Assembly (NCBI GenBank): GCA_002476605.1 | Contig: DLLD01000005.1 | Span: forward strand, 702-64,701 | DNA: 64,000 nucleotides | Direction of reading: 5' to 3' | DNA from: Christensenella sp. UBA7571 | Lineage (GTDB): Bacteria > Bacillota > Clostridia > Christensenellales > CAG-917 | Part shown: positions 18,519 through 27,399 of the stretch, piece after piece | Numbering within the stretch: position 1 is the first letter of the stretch | Layout: the number at the start of each line of letters is the position of its first letter | The notes under the pieces: generated by a model | What the model saw: only the letters and a program-made list of their open reading frames with translations | Database searches by the model: none | What the model was told of the DNA's origin: nothing | Program-made: the position numbers and the translations under genes

Positions 18519-19913
18519 ATGCAATTGAAGTTTGACTTTAACAATATGATGCAATCGTCCATAGGCGAGCAAGGCATCACCGAAAAAGAGATAGAAAGCG
18601 TTCTCGACAAGGCGCAAGACAGTTACGCTTACTTCGAGAAAAATCGCGGAACGGGCTGGATGGGTTGGTCGGAACTTCCGTACAATCAAGAAGATGTCGT
18701 GCGCGACATCATTTATACGGCGGCGGAAGTGCGCGCGCATTACGACAATTTCGTGGTGCTCGGCATCGGCGGAAGCGCACTCGGTCCTATGGCGGTGTTC
18801 AACGCGCTTTGCCATTTCAGATACAACGACCTCGACGCAAAGAAAAGGGGCGTGAAATTCTACGTGGAAGACAACGTAGACCCCGAAAGAATGTTGGCAC
18901 TTCTTGACGTTATCGACGTTGAAAAGACTATGTTCAACGTCATCACCAAAAGCGGTGCGACGTCCGAGACTATGAGTCAATATCTCATCATCACGGATAT
19001 CCTCAAAAAGAGATGCGGAGACGATTGGGCAAAGCATATCATCGCAACGACGTCTCAAAGCAAGGGCAACCTCATCAAACTTGCAAAGAAAGAGGGCTTC
19101 AAGACCTATTATATCCCCGACGGAGTGGGCGGTCGTTTCAGCGAACTTTGCCCCGTTGGACTTCTTCCGGCGGCGGTGCTCGGCATCGACATCATCGGAC
19201 TTTTGCGCGGTGCGGCGGAGATGGACAAGGCGTGCAATTCCTCCAATCCGTACAAGAACCCCGCTTTGATGGCGGCAACGCTTCAATACATCGCAATGGA
19301 GCAAAAAGGCAAAAACATTTCGGTTATGATGCCGTATGCGGACAGCCTCAAACTCATTGCGGACTGGTATTGCCAACTTTGGGGCGAGAGCCTCGGTAAG
19401 GCCGTTGATTTTGACGGCAACGTCGTGCACAAGGGACAAACTCCCGTCAAGTCTTTGGGCGTCACCGACCAACACTCGCAAGTGCAACTTTACACCGAAG
19501 GTCCGTTTGACAAAGTGGTCACGTTTATCGGCGTAAAGAAGTATAGAGGAGACGTGGTTATCGCAAACGGCGCGGAAGAATTTGCAGACGTCAACTTCCT
19601 TTGCGGACACACGATGGGTGAGCTTATCAACACCGAAAGAGAAGCGACGGAGTACGCGCTCACTCGCTCCAAACATATGAACCGCACCATTATGCTTGAC
19701 GAAGTCAACGCGGTGTCAATCGGTCAATTGCTTATGTTCTTCCAACTCGAAACGGCGTATTGCGGAAAGATGCTCAACATCGATACGTTCAATCAACCGG
19801 GCGTTGAAGAGGGCAAGAATGCAACGTACGCAATGTTTAACAGAGCTGGTTACGAAGCAAAGAAAGCGGAACTCGAAGCCGCTCCCAAGAAGAACGACAA
19901 ATATATTATCTGA
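18519..19913 (+). CDS. pgi: glucose-6-phosphate isomerase
   Basis: VVLGIGGSALGP and a bacterial/archaeal-type PGI of about 460 aa. Confidence 0.9.
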   Translation: MQLKFDFNNMMQSSIGEQGITEKEIESVLDKAQDSYAYFEKNRGTGWMGWSELPYNQEDVVRDIIYTAAEVRAHYDNFVVLGIGGSALGPMAVFNALCHFRYNDLDAKKRGVKFYVEDNVDPERMLALLDVIDVEKTMFNVITKSGATSETMSQYLIITDILKKRCGDDWAKHIIATTSQSKGNLIKLAKKEGFKTYYIPDGVGGRFSELCPVGLLPAAVLGIDIIGLLRGAAEMDKACNSSNPYKNPALMAATLQYIAMEQKGKNISVMMPYADSLKLIADWYCQLWGESLGKAVDFDGNVVHKGQTPVKSLGVTDQHSQVQLYTEGPFDKVVTFIGVKKYRGDVVIANGAEEFADVNFLCGHTMGELINTEREATEYALTRSKHMNRTIMLDEVNAVSIGQLLMFFQLETAYCGKMLNIDTFNQPGVEEGKNATYAMFNRAGYEAKKAELEAAPKKNDKYII

Positions 19914-19915
19914 TT

Positions 19916-20968
19916 ATGCTTGAACTCGTCGGTGTCAGCAAGCAATATCTGTACGGCGCGAGGGTGCTCGGCTCGTTGGATATGAAAATAGAGGACGGCA
20001 AAATACTTGCCTTGCTCGGTGACGAATTGAGCGGAAAAACCACCTTTTTGAAGGTGGTTGCGTCCGTTACCGACTGCGAGGGTAAAGTGCTTTTTGACGG
20101 TGAACCTCTCGACAAAAAGCCCGACGACGTGATTATGGTGTTTGACGATTTGGCTATGTTTGAAAATCGTTCTTGCTACTATAATCTGGCGTACCCGCTT
20201 ATTATCCGCGGATACGATAAGGATAAAATCAAGCAAATCGTCAACGATTGCGCCGAGAAAACGGGCGTGGTTGCCATACTTCACGACAAGGCAAAAAAGA
20301 CTTCGCTCATAGACCTCAAAAGGCTTGCGATCGCAAGACTGTTTTCAAGACCCGCCAAAGTCATACTCGTCGACGATATAACGAGAGGACTTGATAAGGA
20401 CGAGGCAAGAGAGCTTTGGAGCGAAGTCGCGCCAATCTTGCAAAATATGGCAAGAGAGGGCAAGATCGTGATATTTGCAACGCGCGATAAGGACGAGGCT
20501 CTTTCGATTGCCGACAAGATTGCCGTTATGCATTACGGGGAAGTGAAGCAAGTGGGTACGTACGAGCAAATACTTGCCAATCCCTCCAACGTGTGGGCGG
20601 TGCAAGCGTTTGATAGAGACTACCGCTTTGAAAAGGCGCACCTCGACCAAAAGGACGGCAAACTCGTTGCGACGACGCTTGACGACTACGATATCGACCT
20701 ATCTCACATCGACGGCAAGATTGCCACGGGATATATCGGCAAAGACGTTTTCGTCGGTTGGGTAAGCGATTGCTACGACGTAAACGGAGATAGAAAAGAG
20801 AGCGTGCAAAACTCTATTCGCACGCAAAACGGATACGAATTGCGCGTAAAATCGGGCGTGGTGCACTGTAAGCAAAGGCTTGGCGAGGTTGGCACATTGC
20901 CAATCGATGGTTGCGCGAAAGTGTACGATTTTGCAAGCGAAAACAGCATTATAAAGGACGTTTTATGA
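19916..20968 (+). CDS. ABC-type ATPase homologue (MalK-like) with degenerate catalytic motifs
   Basis: Walker A GDELSGKT is kept. The Q-loop, LSGGQ (TSLIDL), catalytic Glu (VDDI) and H-loop (ATRD) are all substituted. No permease gene is adjacent. Confidence 0.7.
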   Translation: MLELVGVSKQYLYGARVLGSLDMKIEDGKILALLGDELSGKTTFLKVVASVTDCEGKVLFDGEPLDKKPDDVIMVFDDLAMFENRSCYYNLAYPLIIRGYDKDKIKQIVNDCAEKTGVVAILHDKAKKTSLIDLKRLAIARLFSRPAKVILVDDITRGLDKDEARELWSEVAPILQNMAREGKIVIFATRDKDEALSIADKIAVMHYGEVKQVGTYEQILANPSNVWAVQAFDRDYRFEKAHLDQKDGKLVATTLDDYDIDLSHIDGKIATGYIGKDVFVGWVSDCYDVNGDRKESVQNSIRTQNGYELRVKSGVVHCKQRLGEVGTLPIDGCAKVYDFASENSIIKDVL

Positions 20969-21462
20969 TAATATTGGGCATTGACCCCGGTCTTGCGACT
21001 ATGGGGTACGGGGTGATAAACGCCGTCAAAGGCAACTATTCCGTAATAGATTACGGCGCTGTCATCACGCCCAAAGATTGCACTTTGCCTCAACGCCTCA
21101 AACAACTTGAAGAGGGCGTGCAAGAGCTTATCGAGACGTTCAAACCCGACAATATCGCTATCGAGGAACTGTTCTTTTCAAAGAACGTCACCACGGGTAT
21201 TGCGGTGTCCGAGGCAAGAGGCGTGATTTTGCTCACGGCGATGAAGGGGCTCGGAGACGAGGTGTACGAATATACGCCAAACCAAATTAAGCAAGCGGTT
21301 ACGGGTTACGGCGGTGCGGACAAAATGCAAATGCAACATATGGTGCAAGCACTGTTGCGCTTAAAGAGCGTTCCGCGTCCCGACGACGCTGCGGACGCCC
21401 TTGCAGTCGCTATATGCCACGCTCAAACGAGCAGAATGACGACAAGTTTTAAGGTGCAGTAA
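20965..21462 (+). CDS. ruvC: crossover junction endodeoxyribonuclease RuvC
   Basis: MIILGIDPGLATMGYGVI... The start overlaps the upstream gene's stop as ATGA. Confidence 0.9.
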   Translation: MIILGIDPGLATMGYGVINAVKGNYSVIDYGAVITPKDCTLPQRLKQLEEGVQELIETFKPDNIAIEELFFSKNVTTGIAVSEARGVILLTAMKGLGDEVYEYTPNQIKQAVTGYGGADKMQMQHMVQALLRLKSVPRPDDAADALAVAICHAQTSRMTTSFKVQ

Positions 21463-21652
21463 GTTTTTGCGCCGAATGCGAGCAAAAGTCGTCGCTGTGG
21501 CAAAGACAACTCACAAGTTCATTGTCTACTGCCACGTTAGCCTTATTGCTCTACTAACCGAGCAACCGATACACGCTATCAGTATAGCAAGGATAAAAAC
21601 TCATACCACAGTTTCGCTATATCGATTGCTTGGTGTGTGCGGCTTGCGCCTA

Positions 21653-21827
21653 GATTCCCACGCTATCGCTCGGAATGACGAGAGGGTGGGACACCCACAC
21701 CCCGAACGGAATATTCCGCAACTCGCACGAAGTGCGAATATCACTTGCCGTTAGGCAAATATCACTCTCGCAAAGCGAGAATATCACTGCACCTATGGTG
21801 CAAATATCACTTGCGTGCTTGCACGCA
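21653..21827 (-). repeat. composite repeat B (inverted relative to A): X module, G-rich hairpin, GGAATATTCC, four AATATCACT/hairpin units
   Basis: X module is at 21653-21679 and GGAATATTCC at 21708-21717. 9-mers start at 21737, 21758, 21780 and 21803. There are five hairpins. The element ends 13 nt before the ruvA ATG. Confidence 0.9.
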
Positions 21828-21840
21828 ATAAAGGTGTAAA

Positions 21841-22425
21841 ATGTACAATTACATTCAAGGTAAAATAGTAGATAAGACGCTTTCCACGATAGTGGTGGAT
21901 AACAACGGCATCGGTTACGAAATCGGCGTGAGCGGAAATACGCTTATGGACGTCGATTTGGGTGAAATCGTCAAGATTTATACCTATCTTTACGTGAGAG
22001 AAGACGAGATGTCGCTTTACGGCTTTTCGCGCACGGACGAGAAAAGATTGTTTATGCGCCTTATCGAAATCAGCGGTATCGGTCCGAAGCTTGCAATGCA
22101 AATTCTCGGCGGTTACGACCTCAAAACGCTCACCGTGGCAATTGCAAGCGGTGACGTAAAGACGCTCACCAAAATCAAGGGACTCGGCAAAAAGACCGCG
22201 GAACTTATCGTGTTGAGCCTCCGTGAGCAAGTTGCGGACGATATAACCATATTCAACGACCACCAAGACGCACTTACGGGTGAAGACCTTGCGGACGTGG
22301 TGTTTGCGCTTGAAAGTCTCGGACTTTCCAAAACCGACGCGGTGCGTATGGCAACCGAGGCAAGCAAGAGAGTGCAAGGCACGGAAAATATTATCAGACA
22401 TTGCTTACAAAGTCTAAACAAATGA
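21841..22425 (+). CDS. ruvA: Holliday junction DNA helicase RuvA
   Basis: MYNYIQGKIVDK..., HhH motifs IEISGIGPKLA and IKGLGKKTAE. Confidence 0.92.
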   Translation: MYNYIQGKIVDKTLSTIVVDNNGIGYEIGVSGNTLMDVDLGEIVKIYTYLYVREDEMSLYGFSRTDEKRLFMRLIEISGIGPKLAMQILGGYDLKTLTVAIASGDVKTLTKIKGLGKKTAELIVLSLREQVADDITIFNDHQDALTGEDLADVVFALESLGLSKTDAVRMATEASKRVQGTENIIRHCLQSLNK

Positions 22426-22426
22426 A

Positions 22427-22634
22427 AATTAATAATTAATAATTATTAATTAATAATTGAGGGGGGGGGGACACCCGCACCCGAGCAAAAATAAATATGG
22501 AATATTCCACTTGTCATTCCGAGGGAACGAAGTGACCGTGGGAATCCAGCGTAGCGAAATGCGCCTTCGGCTTGATTGCCACGTCGCAACAATGTTGCTC
22601 CTCGCAATGACATATGGAGAAATGGAATATTCCA
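22427..22634. repeat. composite repeat C: AT-heptamer run, G10 hairpin, and a 138-bp unit bounded by ATGGAATATTCCA containing two inverted X modules
   Basis: (AATTAAT/AATTATT)n is at 22427-22458 and G10 at 22461-22470. The 13-mers are at 22497-22509 and 22622-22634. X modules are at 22513-22546 (inverted) and 22574-22611. Confidence 0.9.
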
Positions 22635-22676
22635 TAAATAAAATAACGTCGAAAAATAATACCTAAAAGGTTAAAA

Positions 22677-23717
22677 ATGATAAAATCGCAATTTACAAAA
22701 GAAAATCAAGACTTTGACGTCGACAATAGGGTGGTGAGTTCGCTCACTATCGACGAGGACGAGCAAGAAAACAGTCTCCGTCCCCACAGTATGACGGAAT
22801 ACGTCGGTCAAGAGAAGATAAAGAAAAATCTCGAAGTGTTTATCTCTGCCGCAAAAGCGAGAAACGACGCGCTCGACCACGTGTTGCTATACGGTCCTCC
22901 CGGTCTCGGTAAAACCACTCTTGCACACGTCATCGCAAGCGAACTCGGCTCGCAAATAAGAGTTACGAGCGGTCCCGCAATCGAAAAAGCGGCGGATCTT
23001 GCCGCACTTTTGACGAACCTTGAAAAAGGGGACGTGCTTTTCATCGACGAAATACACCGCCTCAACCGCAATATCGAAGAGGTGCTTTATCCCGCAATGG
23101 AAGACTTTTCGCTTGATTTGGTGACGGGGTCGGGTCCTATGGCAAGAAGCATAAGAATACCACTCAAACGCTTTACGCTTATCGGTGCGACTACGAGGGC
23201 GGGTATGCTTTCAAGTCCGTTGCGTGACCGTTTCGGTATGGCGTTGCGCCTTGAAATCTATTCCAACGACGAGCTTAAACAAATCGTTATGCGCTCGGCA
23301 AACATTTTGGGTATATCCATTGACGAGCAAGCGGCTCTCGAACTTGCCAAACGCTCGCGCGGAACTCCGCGTATCGCAAACAGACTTTTGAGACGCGTGC
23401 GCGACTTTGCGGAATACGAAAAACTTGACGGTATCAACCTCGATATCACCAAGAAAGCGTTGCGCCTTATGGACGTTGACGAGCTCGGTCTCGACGTCAC
23501 CGACCGCACGGTTATCGAGGCAATTATAGACAAATTCGGCGGTGGCCCGGTGGGACTCGATACACTCTCGGCGGCAACGGGTGAAGAAGCGTCTACGATC
23601 GAAGACGTGGTTGAACCTTTCCTCATTCAACTCGGTTTCATATCTCGTACACCGAGGGGAAGAGTGTGCACCAAAAACGCGTACGAACATCTCGGCAGAC
23701 CTTATACCGAAGCGTAA
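22677..23717 (+). CDS. ruvB: Holliday junction DNA helicase RuvB
   Basis: [17 protein letters not shown]. Confidence 0.95.
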   Translation: MIKSQFTKENQDFDVDNRVVSSLTIDEDEQENSLRPHSMTEYVGQEKIKKNLEVFISAAKARNDALDHVLLYGPPGLGKTTLAHVIASELGSQIRVTSGPAIEKAADLAALLTNLEKGDVLFIDEIHRLNRNIEEVLYPAMEDFSLDLVTGSGPMARSIRIPLKRFTLIGATTRAGMLSSPLRDRFGMALRLEIYSNDELKQIVMRSANILGISIDEQAALELAKRSRGTPRIANRLLRRVRDFAEYEKLDGINLDITKKALRLMDVDELGLDVTDRTVIEAIIDKFGGGPVGLDTLSAATGEEASTIEDVVEPFLIQLGFISRTPRGRVCTKNAYEHLGRPYTEA

Positions 23718-23759
23718 AAGCACTTTATATATCAAAAAACAACGGATAAAACATCGATT

Positions 23760-24812
23760 ATGCAACAAAACCAAACTATATCGACCACTCTTACGACGCA
23801 CGATTTTTATTATCATTTGCCCGAAGAGTTGATTGCTCAAACGCCTATCGACCCTCGCGATCATTCGAGATTGCTCGTCTATAACAGAGAGACGGACACG
23901 ATTGAGCATAAACATTTTTACGACTTGCCGTCCTATCTCAAAAAGGGCGACTTGCTCGTTATCAACAACACGAGAGTTATTCCCGCGCGTATTTTCGGTC
24001 ATATCGAAAATCACGAAAGCGTGCTCGAAGTCTTGCTCTTAAAACGCAAAGACTACACGCATTGGGAAACCATTATGAAACCCGCCCGCAAGGCGCGCCT
24101 CGGCTCGGTTATACATTTTTGCGACGAGTTGAGCGCGGTCGTTACGGAAGTGGGGGACTACGGCGCACGCACCATCGAGTTTAAGTTCGAGGGTGTGTTC
24201 GAGGATATTCTCGACAGAGTGGGTAATATGCCTCTTCCGCCGTATATCAAGGAAAAACTTGCCGATAAGGAAAGATATCAAACCGTATACAGCAAGATAG
24301 AAGGCTCGGCGGCTGCACCCACCGCGGGACTGCATTTTACGCCCGAACTTATGCAAAAAGTGCGCGATATTGGCGTGGATTTTGCCGAAGCGCTTTTGCA
24401 TATAGGGCTCGGAACGTTCCGTCCCGTCAAAGAGGAGAATATCCTCGACCACGAGATGCACACCGAGTATTACGAAATCGACGAGGAAAACGCCGAGAAA
24501 ATCAACTCCGCAATCAGAGAGGGAAGGCGCGTTATTTGCGTAGGCACTACGAGTGTGCGCACGCTTGAAACCGTTGCGGACGAAAACGGCTACGTAAGAG
24601 CGCAAAAAGGCGATACGAGCATATTTATCTATCCCGGGTACAAATTTAAGTGCGTAAAGGGGCTTATCACCAACTTCCACTTGCCAGAAAGCACGTTGAT
24701 TATGCTCGTGTCTGCGTTCGTCGGCAGAGAAAAGACATTGGAAATATACAAAACGGCAGTCGACGAGAAATACAGATTTTTCTCGTTTGGCGACGCGTGT
24801 TTCTTTGAGTGA
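23760..24812 (+). CDS. queA: S-adenosylmethionine:tRNA ribosyltransferase-isomerase
   Basis: DFYYHLPEELIAQTPIDPRDHSRLLV... signature. Confidence 0.95.
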   Translation: MQQNQTISTTLTTHDFYYHLPEELIAQTPIDPRDHSRLLVYNRETDTIEHKHFYDLPSYLKKGDLLVINNTRVIPARIFGHIENHESVLEVLLLKRKDYTHWETIMKPARKARLGSVIHFCDELSAVVTEVGDYGARTIEFKFEGVFEDILDRVGNMPLPPYIKEKLADKERYQTVYSKIEGSAAAPTAGLHFTPELMQKVRDIGVDFAEALLHIGLGTFRPVKEENILDHEMHTEYYEIDEENAEKINSAIREGRRVICVGTTSVRTLETVADENGYVRAQKGDTSIFIYPGYKFKCVKGLITNFHLPESTLIMLVSAFVGREKTLEIYKTAVDEKYRFFSFGDACFFE

Positions 24813-25146
24813 GCGCACTTATTAACGGTATGTGCTTATTCGAGGTGTGGAGGCGCAAGGCGCCGACCGCATCGAGCGCCAAGCTTGACGGACAGTACAA
24901 GCGACTGCGCCGTGTTGTTGCGTAGCTGGCGCACAAAGCGCAGTGGCATAATGAGGGGATTGTCCCTATTATGCGCGTGCCGAGTGTGTCCCCCTGCGGA
25001 GCAGTTCCGTGGGTTCCCTCAAGCAGAGCGCAGAGGGGGAACGGAATAGGGGAAACACCGTGAGGAAGGGGGAAAGTTGCATTTTATAGTTGGTGGGAGA
25101 AATGCCGGCGTGTCCGGAAAGAGGGGGCATTGCATTAAAGATAACG
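24813..25146 (+). repeat. R1 interspersed element, copy 1 (candidate structured RNA)
   Basis: Begins at the nucleotide after the queA stop. Nearly identical to 53142-53485, related to 62310-62569, and its 5' half is inverted at 27167-27298. Confidence 0.9.
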
Positions 25147-25181
25147 AATACTCAATTGAAAATTGATGTCAACGATAATAA

Positions 25182-26300
<1,119 letters not shown>

Positions 26301-26366
26301 AATCGTCTTATAGACAAAAAATTGCTTAAATCGAATTTAATATTTGGACAAAATCGGTGATTTTTG

Positions 26367-26395
26367 TTGCAAATCTATCGTTCATCGTGTATGAT
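26367..26395 (+). promoter_or_regulatory. sigmaA-type promoter for yajC
   Basis: TTGCAA, 17 nt spacer, TATGAT. Confidence 0.5.
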
Positions 26396-26448
26396 TTAAG
26401 CACATAAATTCAATTATAAATCGCCTCTTTGGCGAATAAGGAGTAAAA

Positions 26449-26952
26449 ATGTTCGTTTCTACACTTGCGGCTTTGCCGGCTTGGTCTATGTACGTCATCA
26501 TCGGCGTTGTCTTCGTCGTAATGATCGTTCTCACGGTCGTTCCTCAAAAGAAACGTCAAAAAGAGCAACAAAATATGCTCAACAATCTTGCAGTCGGCAC
26601 GAAGCTTATGACGGTCGGCGGTATCGTCGGTAAAATCACCCAAGTGAACGCTGACAACACCCTCATCGTCAACGTCGGCACGGAAAACAATCCCACTCTC
26701 ATCGTTATCGACAAGAAAGCGGTCGGTTACGTTCTTGAAAAAGTCGACGCTCCCCAAGCTCCCGCAGCACCCGCAACGGAAGAGAAGAAGGAAGAAACCG
26801 TTGAGTGCGACAACAATTGTGACGCTTGCGACGCAAAAGCAGACTGCGACAAAGCAGAAAACTTCGAGCCCGCAACCGAAGCAACCGATTGTGACAACAA
26901 CTGCGATGCTTGCGATGCAAAAGCAGATTGCGACAAAGCTGATAAAGAATAA
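26449..26952 (+). CDS. yajC: preprotein translocase subunit YajC with a duplicated Cys-rich C-terminal extension
   Basis: One N-terminal TM segment plus the KKRQKEQQNMLNNLAVGTKLMTVGGIVGKI core. The extra tail carries two copies of CDNNCDACDAKADCDKA. Confidence 0.8.
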   Translation: MFVSTLAALPAWSMYVIIGVVFVVMIVLTVVPQKKRQKEQQNMLNNLAVGTKLMTVGGIVGKITQVNADNTLIVNVGTENNPTLIVIDKKAVGYVLEKVDAPQAPAAPATEEKKEETVECDNNCDACDAKADCDKAENFEPATEATDCDNNCDACDAKADCDKADKE

Positions 26953-26971
26953 TTTGATTTAACGCACAATA

Positions 26972-27002
26972 AAAAGCACTTGCGATTTGCAAGTGCTTTT
27001 TT
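26972..27002 (+). terminator. yajC terminator
   Basis: 12-bp stem AAAAGCACTTGC/GCAAGTGCTTTT followed by a T run. Confidence 0.8.
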
Positions 27003-27013
27003 ATGTTTTGAAT

Positions 27014-27166
27014 AGTGATATTTGCCTACGGCAAGTGTTATTCTCGCGTAGCGAGAGTGATATTTTTTGCTTGCGCAAAAAGTGATATTGCGCCGTAGGC
27101 GCAGTTGTGGAGAATTTGTATTCGCTACGCTGGATTCCCACGGTCACTTCGTTCCCTCGTTATGCC
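27014..27166 (+). repeat. composite repeat D: four AGTGATATT/hairpin units + cap + X-like module
   Basis: 9-mers start at 27014, 27034 (variant AGTGTTATT), 27056 and 27081. Hairpins are TGCC-TAC-GGCA, CTCGC-GTA-GCGAG, TTTTGC-TTGC-GCAAAA and GCGCC-GTA-GGCGC. The X-like module is at 27133-27166. Confidence 0.9.
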
Positions 27167-27298
27167 ACTGCGCTTTGTGCGCCAGCTACGCAACAACACG
27201 GCGCAGTCGCTTGTACTAATCGTCAAGCTCGGCACTTATCTGCTCGTCGCCTTGCGACTCGAAGCTTCGAATAAACACATTCCGTTAATAAGTGCGCT
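27167..27298 (-). repeat. R1 element, inverted 5' half copy
   Basis: The reverse complement matches R1 from GCGCACTTATTAACGG through GCGCAGTGGC. It joins directly to the X-like module of repeat D. Confidence 0.85.
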
Positions 27299-27348
27299 CC
27301 GAATTGGCACATATCGTGTATAAGTAGTCTTCGATTGAGTTTTCGTTT

Positions 27349-27399
27349 AGGTGTGGGCAAAGCCCACCCGCAATTATTAATTATTAATTATTAATTATT
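27349..27399 (-). repeat. G-rich hairpin + (AATTATT)x4 tandem heptamer at the 3' end of the membrane-protein gene
   Basis: GTGGGC-AAA-GCCCAC is at 27353-27367 and the heptamers at 27372-27399. The same module pair follows the ruvA stop at 22427-22485. Confidence 0.8.

Noticed and set aside
21467-21754. Track ORFs that run through the repeat loci: 21467..21754, 22450..22635, 22457..22666, 16958..17170, 17004..17246, 27105..27323 and 53048..53254.
   Set aside because: They are composed of repeat modules (for example ...NIPQLARSANIT..., ...ATWQSSRRRIS..., ...DCHVATMLLLAMT...). They lack an RBS, and their frames differ between copies.
24700-24936. Apparently conserved small ORFs inside R1: MCASYATTRRSRLYCPSSLAL... 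at 24700..24936 and 53083..53265 on the minus strand, and the + strand MCLF..WRRKAPT.SSAKLDGQYKRLRRVVA.
   Set aside because: Conservation just mirrors nucleotide identity of copies 1 and 2. In copy 3 and the inverted half copy the frames are broken by indels or stop codons (CAG to TAG at the LDG position). There is no RBS.
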